This document shows, one piece after another, positions 25,001-35,500 of a DNA stretch of 64,000 nucleotides. The DNA is taken from positions 16,727,807 to 16,791,806 of the forward strand of contig NC_134031.1 of the NCBI RefSeq assembly GCF_964204645.1, given 5' to 3'. The DNA is from Tubulanus polymorphus (taxonomy: Eukaryota > Animalia > Nemertea). The position numbers and the translations under genes were made by a program. The stretch's first letter is position 1. Each line of letters starts with the position of its first letter. The notes beneath the pieces were generated by a model, which saw only the letters and a list, made by a program, of their open reading frames with translations, was not told the origin of the DNA and searched no databases.

Positions 25001-28000
25001 GCTAGAAATAGATGTTTGAAGTCGGTTTATACCGTATATAATTCAGTCATTCACTGGTAGAAGGCCGGGTGATGGTAGTTAAGTATCTGTGCTTCTAACT
25101 GGTGTTGGGTCTTGTGAATTGTATACCAGCATTTTTGCGAGTCCCAGTAAACCTGTACCAGATGTTGGATCTTCTTATTCCACCAATTGCAAATTTATGA
25201 TTCGTGGCATTGTATATGGCTGTAAAACTGAACTTTGTTGTCTCAACTTACCTTTACTTTTGCTTCTTTTGAGGTTTTCGGTTGTAGTTAAACTGCAGAG
25301 TTAAGACGGAGACCAAAACAAAGAGAACTTTGATTTTGAAAGATTGCCTTGCTGGTAGACCCATACCAGTTTATATTAAGAACAGTAGATAACAGTATTC
25401 CATGCTGTATAACAAATTCAAAGTACCGGTAATGGATAGTTTCACACTAGAAATAGATACTTAAAGTTTGTTAATTCCATCAGTCCCTGGTCTAGAAGGG
25501 TGATGCTGTGGTCGTGAAGTATCTGCGATTGTAACGGCGATTGTAATCGGTGTAGCGTCTCCTGTACCTGCGAGTTGGAGTATAGCGGTACCTGCGCGTA
25601 CCAGTATACCGGCGAGTGGGAATAGTAAATCGTGTGTTGAAACGACGCGTCGGACTTAGGTCACTAGTTGTTCCCGTGTAGCGACGCGTTGTGCTACCCG
25701 TCGTCCGTATTAAACGCTGCGACGATCGTCGTCTGGTATACGACTCACAGTCTGGAAAAATTAAACTGTAAATTAAATTATAACTGTAGAAATATGATTT
25801 TGAAATACTAAGGCCCTTCCCTTTTCTGCCTAGAATCGTCAATAAGTTAGGATATTTTCTACAAAGTATGTGTTGATTCAGCAAGTTCAGTTTTAGTTAA
25901 AAGGCTTACCATGTAAAACAACTGCGATGACTATCAAAACGTATAGCAATACTAACGCGATCTTCATTTTTCGACGTGAGCTCAGTTAGATCTCAGCGAA
26001 GATTATCAAATCCACCCCAATATATATCAATTGTTACGAGCCTCATTTGTTAACTCAGATTTATATGTTTTACACCTGATTAAATTCAGAACAAAGGTAT
26101 TGTTTGTTATATCTGTGGGAAGATTTGTTGACATGCGCGGAATGTGTTTTTTACCTTGTTGAGTTAATTAAATTATGTGTATGAACAGTTGGCTGAGGAA
26201 GAGGAATCGTGGCACCATTTTTGCCCTTCGTTTAATTCCTCTCCATTCGGATCATAAAAAAAATTCCACCATGTTTCTTTCCAGATTTCTTGATCCGAAT
26301 TAATGATTCATAGCATCGAATACCGTTAAAGCTGAACTTCGTATCAACTTACCCGTTATATTTGCTACTTTCGTTTAAATTTTTAGGTTTTCGGCATCGC
26401 TGTCCATAGAAATGAAACCTCATGTTTTCCATACGGACTAACTGTTGTAGTAACATTGCAGGGTTATGACGTAAATGACAATAGAATATTCGTTTAATTC
26501 CTCTCCATTCGGATCATAAAAAAAATTCCACCATGTTTCTTTCCAGATTTCTTGATCCGAATTAATGATTCATAGCATCGAATACCGTTAAAGCTGAACT
26601 TCGTATCAACTTACCCGTTATATTTGCTACTTTTGTTTAAATTTTTAGGTTTTCGGCATCGCTGTCCATAGAAATGAAACCTCATGTTTTCCATACGGAC
26701 TAACTGTTGTAGTAACATTGCAGGGTTATGACGTAAATGACAATAGAATAAGGAGAACTTGGATTTATGATTGCCTTCTATTTCTGGTAATACTGACCAG
26801 TTTCATAAGAGATCAATATTTTTATACTGCTTATACAAATTTCAGGTTATGGATGAATTTAAGCTAGATACATTTTTTGAAGTCAGTTTATATATTGTTC
26901 ATTCGGTCGACGTTCTAGAAGGGCGGTGTTGTGGTTGAGAAGTAATCTTTTTATCTGCGATTACGATCGGTGTATCGTGTCCGAGTATACCGGAACCTGC
27001 GAGTCGGAGTCTGAGTATACCGGAACCTGCGAGTCAACCTGCGGGTCGGAGTCAACCTGCGGGTTGGAGTCAACCTGCGGGTCGGAGTCAACCTGCGGGT
27101 CGGAGTACTCGGGTCAAATCGTATGGTGTAACGACGGTTCGTACTAATGCCACTGCGCGTCCCAGTACGTGTCCCGATTGAGGAACGTGTCCCTATCGAG
27201 GTACGTGTCCCTATCGAAGTACGTGTCCCGATTGAACGACGTCTGTCATACGACTCACAGTCTGCAACAAAGACACAAAAAGAAAATGCATCTTAACCCT
27301 TTTGTACACCGCAGCACGGTGTATAAATCGGTTATGGGCTTAGTTTAGTACACGGCATCATGGTGTATTGATGTTATTAGTTATAAGTTTTTATCTCTAT
27401 GGAAAAATGGCAGGACCTGACAAACATTACCTGAAATATTAGTAACTAACTATACGCTGATGCACTAAAAGGTAGAACACTGGGTTGGAATGTTTTTAAA
27501 TGTTTAAATTATCACCAGCAATTTTGGTTATTAATTAGCCAGTACTGAAAAAGCGTGAAAACTGATTTTTCCAAGCATTGAGCCTCACATATTTCTACTG
27601 TTTTCAGTTTATTCCGCCAGAAAATTATTATTTAAATTATTATTATAGGAAATTCCAGATTTCTGTTCTGTTTGAAACCTACGCAACAGGTTTATAATGA
27701 AAACCAACTTCCATAATCACAAATGAAATATCCAAGTACATACTCTCAGAATTCATGTATGTCTGGCAGAAGGTGTCAAAATGAATTTGTTCTTCTGCTA
27801 AAGTCGAGGACTTACCGTACAAAAGAGCGGCGATGATAATCAAAATACACAGTGTTGCAATCACGATCTTCATCTTTTGCGATCTGAAAACAGTAACTCG
27901 ATTTCCATAGATTTTCGCTCCTTAAATGAATAAAGTATCCAATTTTTCCTAGTACACTCTATTTTATGTACCTCACTTGTGCTCACTCAAAACATCAATG

Positions 28001-31000
28001 TGTTTTTATCCTGGTTTATTGCAGATGAATATTGTTCCTAAGTTGTTATTAGTAATTTTGTCAAGTACATATAATTAGCCTTTGATCGTTTATGCTTAGC
28101 ATTCATCATTATTTCCACGATCGAATAATTACAGCATCTATTTTTGTGTCATCTGTGATTGTTAACATAGTATTCAAACATCGCTTGACATAAAAAGTTC
28201 CTGTGTTGAGCTATTCGTCTGTGTTCACAAATTCACCCTAATTTTTTGATTCCAGAATTACTCATTTTCTCATTTCGTCCCCACTCCCTAATTTGTTTGT
28301 TTGGTTTGTTTTTCCGTAAATAATGTTACACATTTGTACAATGATATTCATCCACATATTGTATTCATGGTTTTAGTAGAATAACCACACTCGAACGTGG
28401 AGAATAGACGATATGGCAAAAACCGACCATGAACAGAACTAAAAGAAAACCAAGAATTTATTTAATCCAAGATTTCAAATGACACGACCTTTTGAACTCT
28501 CTCTAGAGATCATCGTCATATGTGAGGCTAAAGTCTGTCGCACCTGAGGATGATCTCTAGTGAGAATTTGAAATGTCGTGTCATTTTTAATTTTTGATTG
28601 AATGAATTCTTGGTTTTTAATTTAGTAAATTTATAAATTTTTGGTCAAACAGATTCGTAGAATTGATTACACTTGCATTTGAAACATTACAGGTTGAGAA
28701 TCTGATATCATATGCTTACGAATTACTAAAAGAAGAAGATAAAGGAAGATTCCTGCAGTTGTCGGCAACTGTTAACGACCAGTGAGTTATATGTATTTTT
28801 CTCTCAGTTCAAAGGTTCCAAACAATGAATGATATCTGACGCTGTAATACATACAAATTTTATATTTGTTATAGGCTGATGAAAGGAACGACAGTTGGAG
28901 AAGATTTTCCTGTTTTACCTGCCGATGTAGCTCAGTTGAAAACCAAATCTGTTGATTTCCGGAAAGAATGTGTTTTACTGAAAGATCTCAGCTATTTGAC
29001 AGGTTAACTATGATATTAAGAATTGTGTGGGGCTATGTCACCCAGTTTTAATAACTGTTTAGAATTTTGCGGGTACTTCTTCACCCAGACACCACAAGAA
29101 GTTTATTTGCAAGTACCGGGGGTACATTTTGAACTCAACTGTTGCGCATATGCGAAGGCATACAAATGTATGTACATGTATTGAGTAGTGGTCTGAAATC
29201 AGAAAAACATAGATATTTCTTATTTTAGCTCCTTCAACGCCGGTCATTGATGTGTTAAAATGTTCGCGGTCATTTGATACGGTGGTCTTGGTTATACACA
29301 ACAATGATGAAAAAGTAGCGGAAGTCGTCAATTTTTACAATGTTCATTATTGCACTGAACATGAAAAGAGTATGGGCGACCATGTGAGTGATTGTCTTAT
29401 TATAGGTCATCAATGGTTTAAGTAGTTAGTTACCTAATCGTTGGTGGTAAGCTTTTTATAATCAGATGGGCTTATACCATATATGTGGTTTGTGAAAATA
29501 TCCGATCGTGAAACTAAACCACTGTCTGGTTACTGACTATGGTTTAAGCAAAAAGTTTTCAAAATATCAATCTTGATAATCCATGGTTCAAACCCTGGTA
29601 TGGCAGACGCTTTTGCAAATTTCTAGCTGTGAATATCATTGAGAGAATCCCACAATATAAATCTAAAACAACTGTCCACCCATCTTCAGAGTTTTTTTGA
29701 AAATAAACCCTGATGATGGGTGGAATGATTCAACCCCGAAACATAAGGAAAAACAATAGCAGTTTTTCAGATTTATGTTTTGGGTTTCTCTCAATAATCA
29801 ATTGTTCTTTTAGGGCTTTTCACGTTCATGTAATCGTCATACATTCGTGAATGACCATTCGTTCTGTTTTTTTCTCCAGACATTAGCCATTTTCAAGATG
29901 CCTCAGGAAGAGAGAAAATCATTCAGATCAATGGAAAAAGGAAACGCTATGGTTCTCGTTATTACGAACTTGGTCAACAACACTCTTTATTATTTCTGCG
30001 TGAAAGCTGTAAATTCTGCTGGTGAAAGTGATACCTCGAATATCGTTAATTGTACAACTCTGGAAACGAATGACTCTTCAGTGCCTGGTAAAAAATACTG
30101 TTTATGATCTTCAACCTTATAGCTTAGTTCTATTTCCAAAATCTCAATGTATTTACTTAGGCAGCCAACAAAGTTAACCCCAATCAGTCGCTTACTGGTT
30201 CAGGCTGGTCGGAATATTGAATGAACTGGAACTGAAATTTCCAATTATGTACTTCGATTTAAACAAAACATTCTGTAAATTAGACCGCTGATCACACAAC
30301 TATATCCGTACTTCAACTTCTGATTTCAAAATCAAACCCCCTGTTTCACTCCCGGCAGGTGCACCCTAAATCAGACCAAATCTACCAATGAAATAAATGA
30401 AGGGTCAATCCCTATTTCAAGATCAGAAAAGAGATACCAAATCTACCAATGAAATAAATAACTGGTCAATCCCTATTTCTAGATCAAAAATGAAATACTG
30501 TTTTAAAATGTTCTAGGCTTATTCTCACAAACTGTTGAAACTATGATTTATTTTCCAGTTCCTGAAATTGAGAAAAGATTTTGTCGTACGTACACGTCAT
30601 CTATACAGATATATTGTAACACACCTTCTTCGTCAAATCCTCCGAGCGGCGTAAACTTCTATCTGTTATACTGCGAAGCCAACGTACATTCACCGCGAGT
30701 GTGGAAGAGTAAACCGATGTCGCAATACGGAATTTATGAACATCGAGTGTTCGGTCTCGAGCCAAATACCAGGTAATTATGATTGTAGATCATTTTCATA
30801 TCAGCTGACCTAACGGCGACTACCAATTGAGAGTAGTTTCTAGTCATTAAGGGCTTAATTACTCCCTAAGAATAAAGAATACTCTCAAAAAACCAGATAA
30901 TTTCTAGTTCGTTTTCAATGAAACTACTTTTTGGCGTCAAATTACTCTTATTTTTGGTGACAATTACTACAATCGATGGTATAAGGTACCCCTGGTAGTG

Positions 31001-31201
31001 CGATCAGTGTCTGGAACCCTGGACTAGACAACTAGATTAGTATCTGTTACTGCAAAACTGGTGATGGCATTAGTCTATGCCCTTTCTCAACCATTGAACA
31101 TATTCATTTTCAGGTATGAGCTTATGATACTAGCTACTGGATCTAACGGTGCTTGTCAAATATCTGGTTCCATATTCTTAAAAACCAAGGATTCTGCTTA
31201 G
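22005..31201 (+). CDS. Tripartite motif E3 ligase, RING-Bbox1-Bbox2-coiled coil-COS-FN3-FN3, about 591 aa, no SPRY domain
   Basis: Exons 22005-22634, 23316-23411, 24605-24772, 28693-28781, 28875-29002, 29229-29383, 29880-30087, 30559-30772 and 31114-31201 join in frame (1776 nt). RING CPICLDLY..LPCSHILCHEC..CPVCR; B-box1 CQMC..CQDCNASYCSDC..H; B-box2 CTEH..YCSDC..C..C..H..H. FN3 motifs LVNNTLYYFCVKAVNSAGES and GLEPNTRYELMILA. Confidence 0.85.
24890..25220 (-). pseudogene. Degenerate third copy of the nested Arg/Thr-rich peptide gene (exon 2 and 3'UTR remnant)
   Basis: 24890-25070 aligns by eye with the 3' flanks of the two intact copies (26753-26920 and 25321-25500), e.g. gaacttggatttatgattgccttctatttctggta. 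Minus-strand translation gives ..WYRFTGTRKN..TS*KHRYLTTITRPS, versus RYFTTTASPF* in the intact copy. It has an in-frame stop and no signal-peptide exon. Confidence 0.6.
25492..25967 (-). CDS. Nested secreted Arg/Thr/Tyr-rich cationic peptide A (105 aa, 2 exons)
   Basis: Exon 1 25967-25910 (MKIALVLLYVLIVIAVVLH, donor G|GTAAG) and exon 2 25751-25492 (acceptor TTTTTCCAG|) give MKIALVLLYVLIVIAVVLHDCES-YTRRRSSQRLIRTTGSTTRRYTGTTSDLSPTRRFNTRFTIPTRRYTGTRRYRYTPTRRYRRRYTDYNRRYNRRYFTTTASPF*. Typical signal peptide; same exon length and phase as paralog B. Confidence 0.8.
26227..26750. repeat. Near-perfect 262-bp tandem duplication
   Basis: 26227-26488 is repeated at 26489-26750 with one visible substitution (ctttcgttt versus cttttgttt). 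Confidence 0.9.
26951..27873 (-). CDS. Nested secreted Arg/Thr-rich cationic repeat peptide B (122 aa, 2 exons; conserved in-frame tail continues to 26915)
   Basis: Exon 1 27873-27816 (MKIVIATLCILIIIAALLY, donor G|GTAAG) and exon 2 27261-26951 (TTGCAG|) give ..DCES-YDRRR, four SIGTR units, TGTRSGISTNRRYTIRFDPS, (TPTRRL)x4, TRRFRYTQTPTRRFRYTRTRYTDRNRR*. The start of exon 2 (ACTGTGAGTCGTAT) is identical to paralog A. Confidence 0.78.
27293..27553. mobile_element. Diverged copy of the piggyBac-like MITE inside the intron of nested peptide gene B
   Basis: Starts TTAACCCTTT and shares internal blocks with 6564-6851 (tagtacac.gca, tggtgtattgat, atggcag.acctg.caaacat, tgaaatatt.gtaactaac, tattaattagccag.actgaaa). 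Confidence 0.7.
29421..29540. mobile_element. ~120-bp MITE family; further copies at ~22730-22830, ~44685-44780 and ~48220-48355
   Basis: Recurrent core agttacctaatcgt.ggtggtaagctttt..gatgggctt..gtgaaaatatccgatcgtgaaactaaaccac with inverted ends gtagttagttacc and ggttactgactac. Confidence 0.7.
30377..30495. repeat. 60-bp imperfect tandem duplication in a TRIM intron
   Basis: ccaaatctaccaatgaaataaat....ggtcaatccctatttc.agatca.aaa occurs twice. Confidence 0.75.
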
Positions 31202-32562
31202 AAGACAAATTAAGAAAACAGCACACATTTATTGTTTTTAGTCAGATTGTCAGAAATATACTTTTAAATGGTGAATTGAACTAAACTGTTGATACCTGTG
31301 TGTATTCCATATCAATCTGTATGATACAGTATATGTACCGTAGTATTATCCTCAAAAATTGAATACTTTTGTTCATTGACTGTTTTTCAAAATGTCTTCA
31401 TTGCGGATTCAGAATATGAATCCTGTGAAGAAATAAGATAGCTGTACATTTTGTTTGAATTTATTACATTCAAGGATTGACTTGATAAACCTGGTTTGTT
31501 TAGTATGGTAGACCCGCGCGTGACAACCTGTACTATAATATACCATTCATATATCATCCAATATTGTGTAATTACTTTTCTATTTGAATATTTGATAATA
31601 AAATTTGTTTTTCAATTTACTACAATAGTTATTTTTCTGTGCCAAATCTCGATTTCCCCGGTTATACTTTAGGTAGAGAGTCAAATGAACAATATTCTAA
31701 ACAAAGACGAAATTCATCCTTGTGTGATGATCGTAATATATATTATTTTCAAGGAAGAATTTCGTTTTAGTTGTGATTCTGTTGCAGATATTCCCGATTA
31801 TCTCCTTAACATGTACATCTGATCTCTCATCATGTCTCCAACAATCAAAAAGCAGACGAACTCGAAAACAAAGAAATATTGAAACTTTCTAAATTTTAAA
31901 TCAATTTATTGACAAACATAATATCAGATCAATAACTTATGGCAAATCATATTTAATAAAACAAGTTAAGTTTTCACAATATTTCTTCCTATCTCCTTTC
32001 ATTAAAGGAAGCTTTACTGGTTCATCTCAACAGATTCATAAATCTTCGGTAATTGATAGCAGTAGTATTTCAATAATATTCTAAAACCAAAATAATTAAT
32101 ACGCTTTTTAAGGAATGTCACTTATTTGTGAGTCTCGATGATCCTTAGTCCTAAACATACATATACTAACAGTTTTATCAGACAATTCACATTCGCAATA
32201 AAAAAATCTACTTAAAAAGGGTTTTACGTACATCTGTATTCAATCTGTTTTTACTATGTTTGACAAAAGTAACATTTTGCAATACGAATCATCTAGCAAA
32301 AACAGCAGTCAGAAGAGAAGAAAATCTCACAAAATGACACATAGAGCTGAGTAGAACATAATCACCATGGCAAGATGATAAAACCTTTTAATTATGAACT
32401 ATAATTTTCGGATTGTCCGCAGAATTTTTCGCGAAAACTGTCGAAATTGTTTCGCGCAACTCTGAACCGCAGACGATGAAATACAACCGGTTTTTACCGC
32501 GATGTCGTTTATAAATTCGTAATCGGACGTTATTTCAGAATTTAAAATAACGTCTGCAATGA

Positions 32563-35500
32563 TCACTCGACGCGTATTAACAAGTCAACTAACATGGTGG
32601 CGCCGCGTTCCTTCGTGCACCATTCGATTTCGTGATTTCCGATTCGCGGATCGATTTGTTCGTTCGCCTCCACTGATTGACTACTAACGCGATATGAGCC
32701 CGGTTTCATACGAACTTGGAATGCTAACTTCGCTTGATATGATTTCTTCGTTTTCGGATCGCGAAATCTAAAATGAGAAAATGCGTACGATAAGTATTTC
32801 GGGTGGCAAATATTCCCTGACATGCACATTGTTTTCCCTGACTTGATCAGCCAAGAATTCAACCAATTAACGCAGTCAAATACGTAGACACAGATGGAAA
32901 CGGTCTAATTTACGAGAGACCTAGCAATGTCAACAGATTTTCCTGATTTTGGGCTCTTTAACATAATTCTCTGACTTTTTCCCCTTAATTTTTTAAGAAA
33001 AGAAAATTCCCTGACTTTCAGGCAAGCAGCCATCCTGCTATAACGTGGCAAGTAAATGAGGGGAGAGGGGAAAGATATGGTACTGTTCTAATAGTTCAGT
33101 GCATAAGATAAAGTCAGACAAATTTTCTAACATTCATGAAACGTAGTCTTAAACGTAGACTTGACATGCCCCACATATACCAGTATACATATTATACCGA
33201 CACCAAAAACAGTAGCAGTAATTGATTGCATGCACGCGCGCGCAACTGGTGTAATCAGTTAACGGTACTTACTCGTGTCTGGGTGCGTACGTATCACACG
33301 CCGCGTAACGTATCGAAGGCGACAAAATAATCTGTTTCACGTCGCAATCTTCCGGTTTACGTTTCTCTGAGAATAGATCGTGTTGAGCTGCCAGAATCGC
33401 CGACCCCATCACATCACCTAACAAACGATGACAATCGCCGCGTGGTTAGAATGTTTTTGAATTTCAAAACGAAACTGATGAACGTGACGACAGGTAGTGC
33501 TTTTTAGGTAAACTGGTTATGATCTCATGCTACGAGTGTAAAATGATTTCATCAGGTAAATGAATGAAATCTATGAAGAAACAACAGTTATTAATTATAT
33601 ATATCTTACTCCATCGATTTCAATTATTAACCAGATGAACCTAAAACCTCAATAAAATACTACCTATCTTCACATCTATAATTGATTTGATACCAGGGCA
33701 AAACGGCTTTTCTACGAAACAGTATTGACTGAAATGACTTACTTGGCATGTGTAATTCACCGTAATCTAAAATTTTTCTAATAGCACCAACTTGCGTGCC
33801 ATGATAGGCTATGTGCCATTTGTCGAAAACATTTAGCGCCTCCGCTTTGGATGGTAACCTGAATAGAAAAAGATTACTCTGAAATTCTATATAACTGTTT
33901 TCCCTATTATCGATGCCATAATGAATGCTTTGTCATTGCAATCAAAATGTTCTACTTCATTGTCAAGTAAGAGAACCTCTCTACAATAAGCAACTCTCTA
34001 CACCACAAACAGTTAACACTTTTTTCTGGTACCAAGTGAACATTTGACCACTCTACAGCAAACAATACCCATGCGGTGGTTAAAAGTTGTTAATTGATTT
34101 GTTTTCACTGTGATAGTGTTTTCACTCATCATTACACGTGGGTAACTACTGAGAAATTCTATTGAATGGTTGCATATGTTTGGGACTGATTGACTTGAGC
34201 ATTTGGGAAATTAATGACCTAATTGGCAACTAGGTTCGTACCTCTCCATAGCAAAGCCTCTCCACAGTGAACGTTTTGCCCAGATTCAAAAGCTTTTTTG
34301 CAGAGAGGTTTTACCGTATGCATTTTACCAAAAATTCATAAAAACTATATGACTTTTTGGTTTTACTGACCTGAGTGAAAATCTGCACCAACCGAACGGT
34401 ATTCCGTACTCTTTCGGCGGTTCACCTTGACGACAATAGGCCTCGTCTGCTCGGACTTTATGACAAGATTCGCAATAACAGACGCTGTACGATTCAGTGC
34501 TGAAATATCCGTCTGCAATCAGAACAAACCCAATCAAATGAACAACTCATAGACTTTCTAAACGATTGAAAATGATTGCATAATTAACAGCTTTATCTTT
34601 AAACCAGTTTTATCCGATATATTCAATTAGTTTTCCCCGACTTAACCTTCTAAGAACCCAATCAATTTTCACATTAAAATAATATGTAAGACATAGATGG
34701 AAACTGTTAGATTATTAAGCGCGATTCATTTTGACAAATTTCCCTGACTTTTGCTGATTTTTAGATTTACACAAAATTCCCCTGACATTTCAAAAGAGAA
34801 GGAAATTCCCTGATTTTTCCCAGATACTAAAGATATTCACACACGGAAGAAAAATCAACTAAATTCGAAACCGCAATGAGCAGTGGAGTTTATCTTACCA
34901 GGAAGACCTAAAGATGACTTATATCTAGTACACAGTTTTTGGTAATCACAGTTTTTAATGAGATTACTAGAATCCGCTGGGGATGAACAGATCATTTTTT
35001 CCTTGACGCCGTCCTCCATGTCGGCTTTTTCGCGATAGTCCGGCGACGGAGAATGAACGGGACTCTCGTTGCCGGCGACGATCGTCACTTGTTCGCATTG
35101 TCCATATAAATCGACGATCGCGTAGCAAACGTTCGGCAGGTCCTTCGCCGCGATTCCCTGATCGACGTCGTTTACGTATAAATGTAAACACGAATCGTCG
35201 TCTATTAGAATACCGACCACTGAGCCGACGCCTACGCTGTCGAGATTTTGTCCGTACAACGTTTTCATCTGCAATATCGTAGCAAAGGATGTTTTGAATT
35301 TGACAATTGATTCTGTTTAACTTGCTACCATGCTAGGAATGAATGTAATTTTAAAGGCCTGTTACTGCGTCCTTCCAGATCAGTCATTCCTGGATATACA
35401 GCAACGAAATTTAAAAGAGAAAATTTTGAAGAAGTGTCTGCATCACTTTTATATCCCAATTACAGTAAACTCCTACTAAATCAGTACTGTTTATCTCGGT

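Noticed and set aside
25492-25884. 130-aa unspliced ORF as listed in the track
   Set aside because: Its N-terminal part is intron; the supported model splices 25910 to 25751.
26926-27147. + strand ORF with CESTCGSEST repeats that looks metallothionein-like
   Set aside because: Antisense shadow of the peptide B repeats; it has no ATG start, whereas the minus strand has a signal exon, splice sites and a paralog.
26985-27240. CRISPR-like array
   Set aside because: Contiguous 18-bp coding repeats without unique spacers, in eukaryotic DNA with no cas genes.
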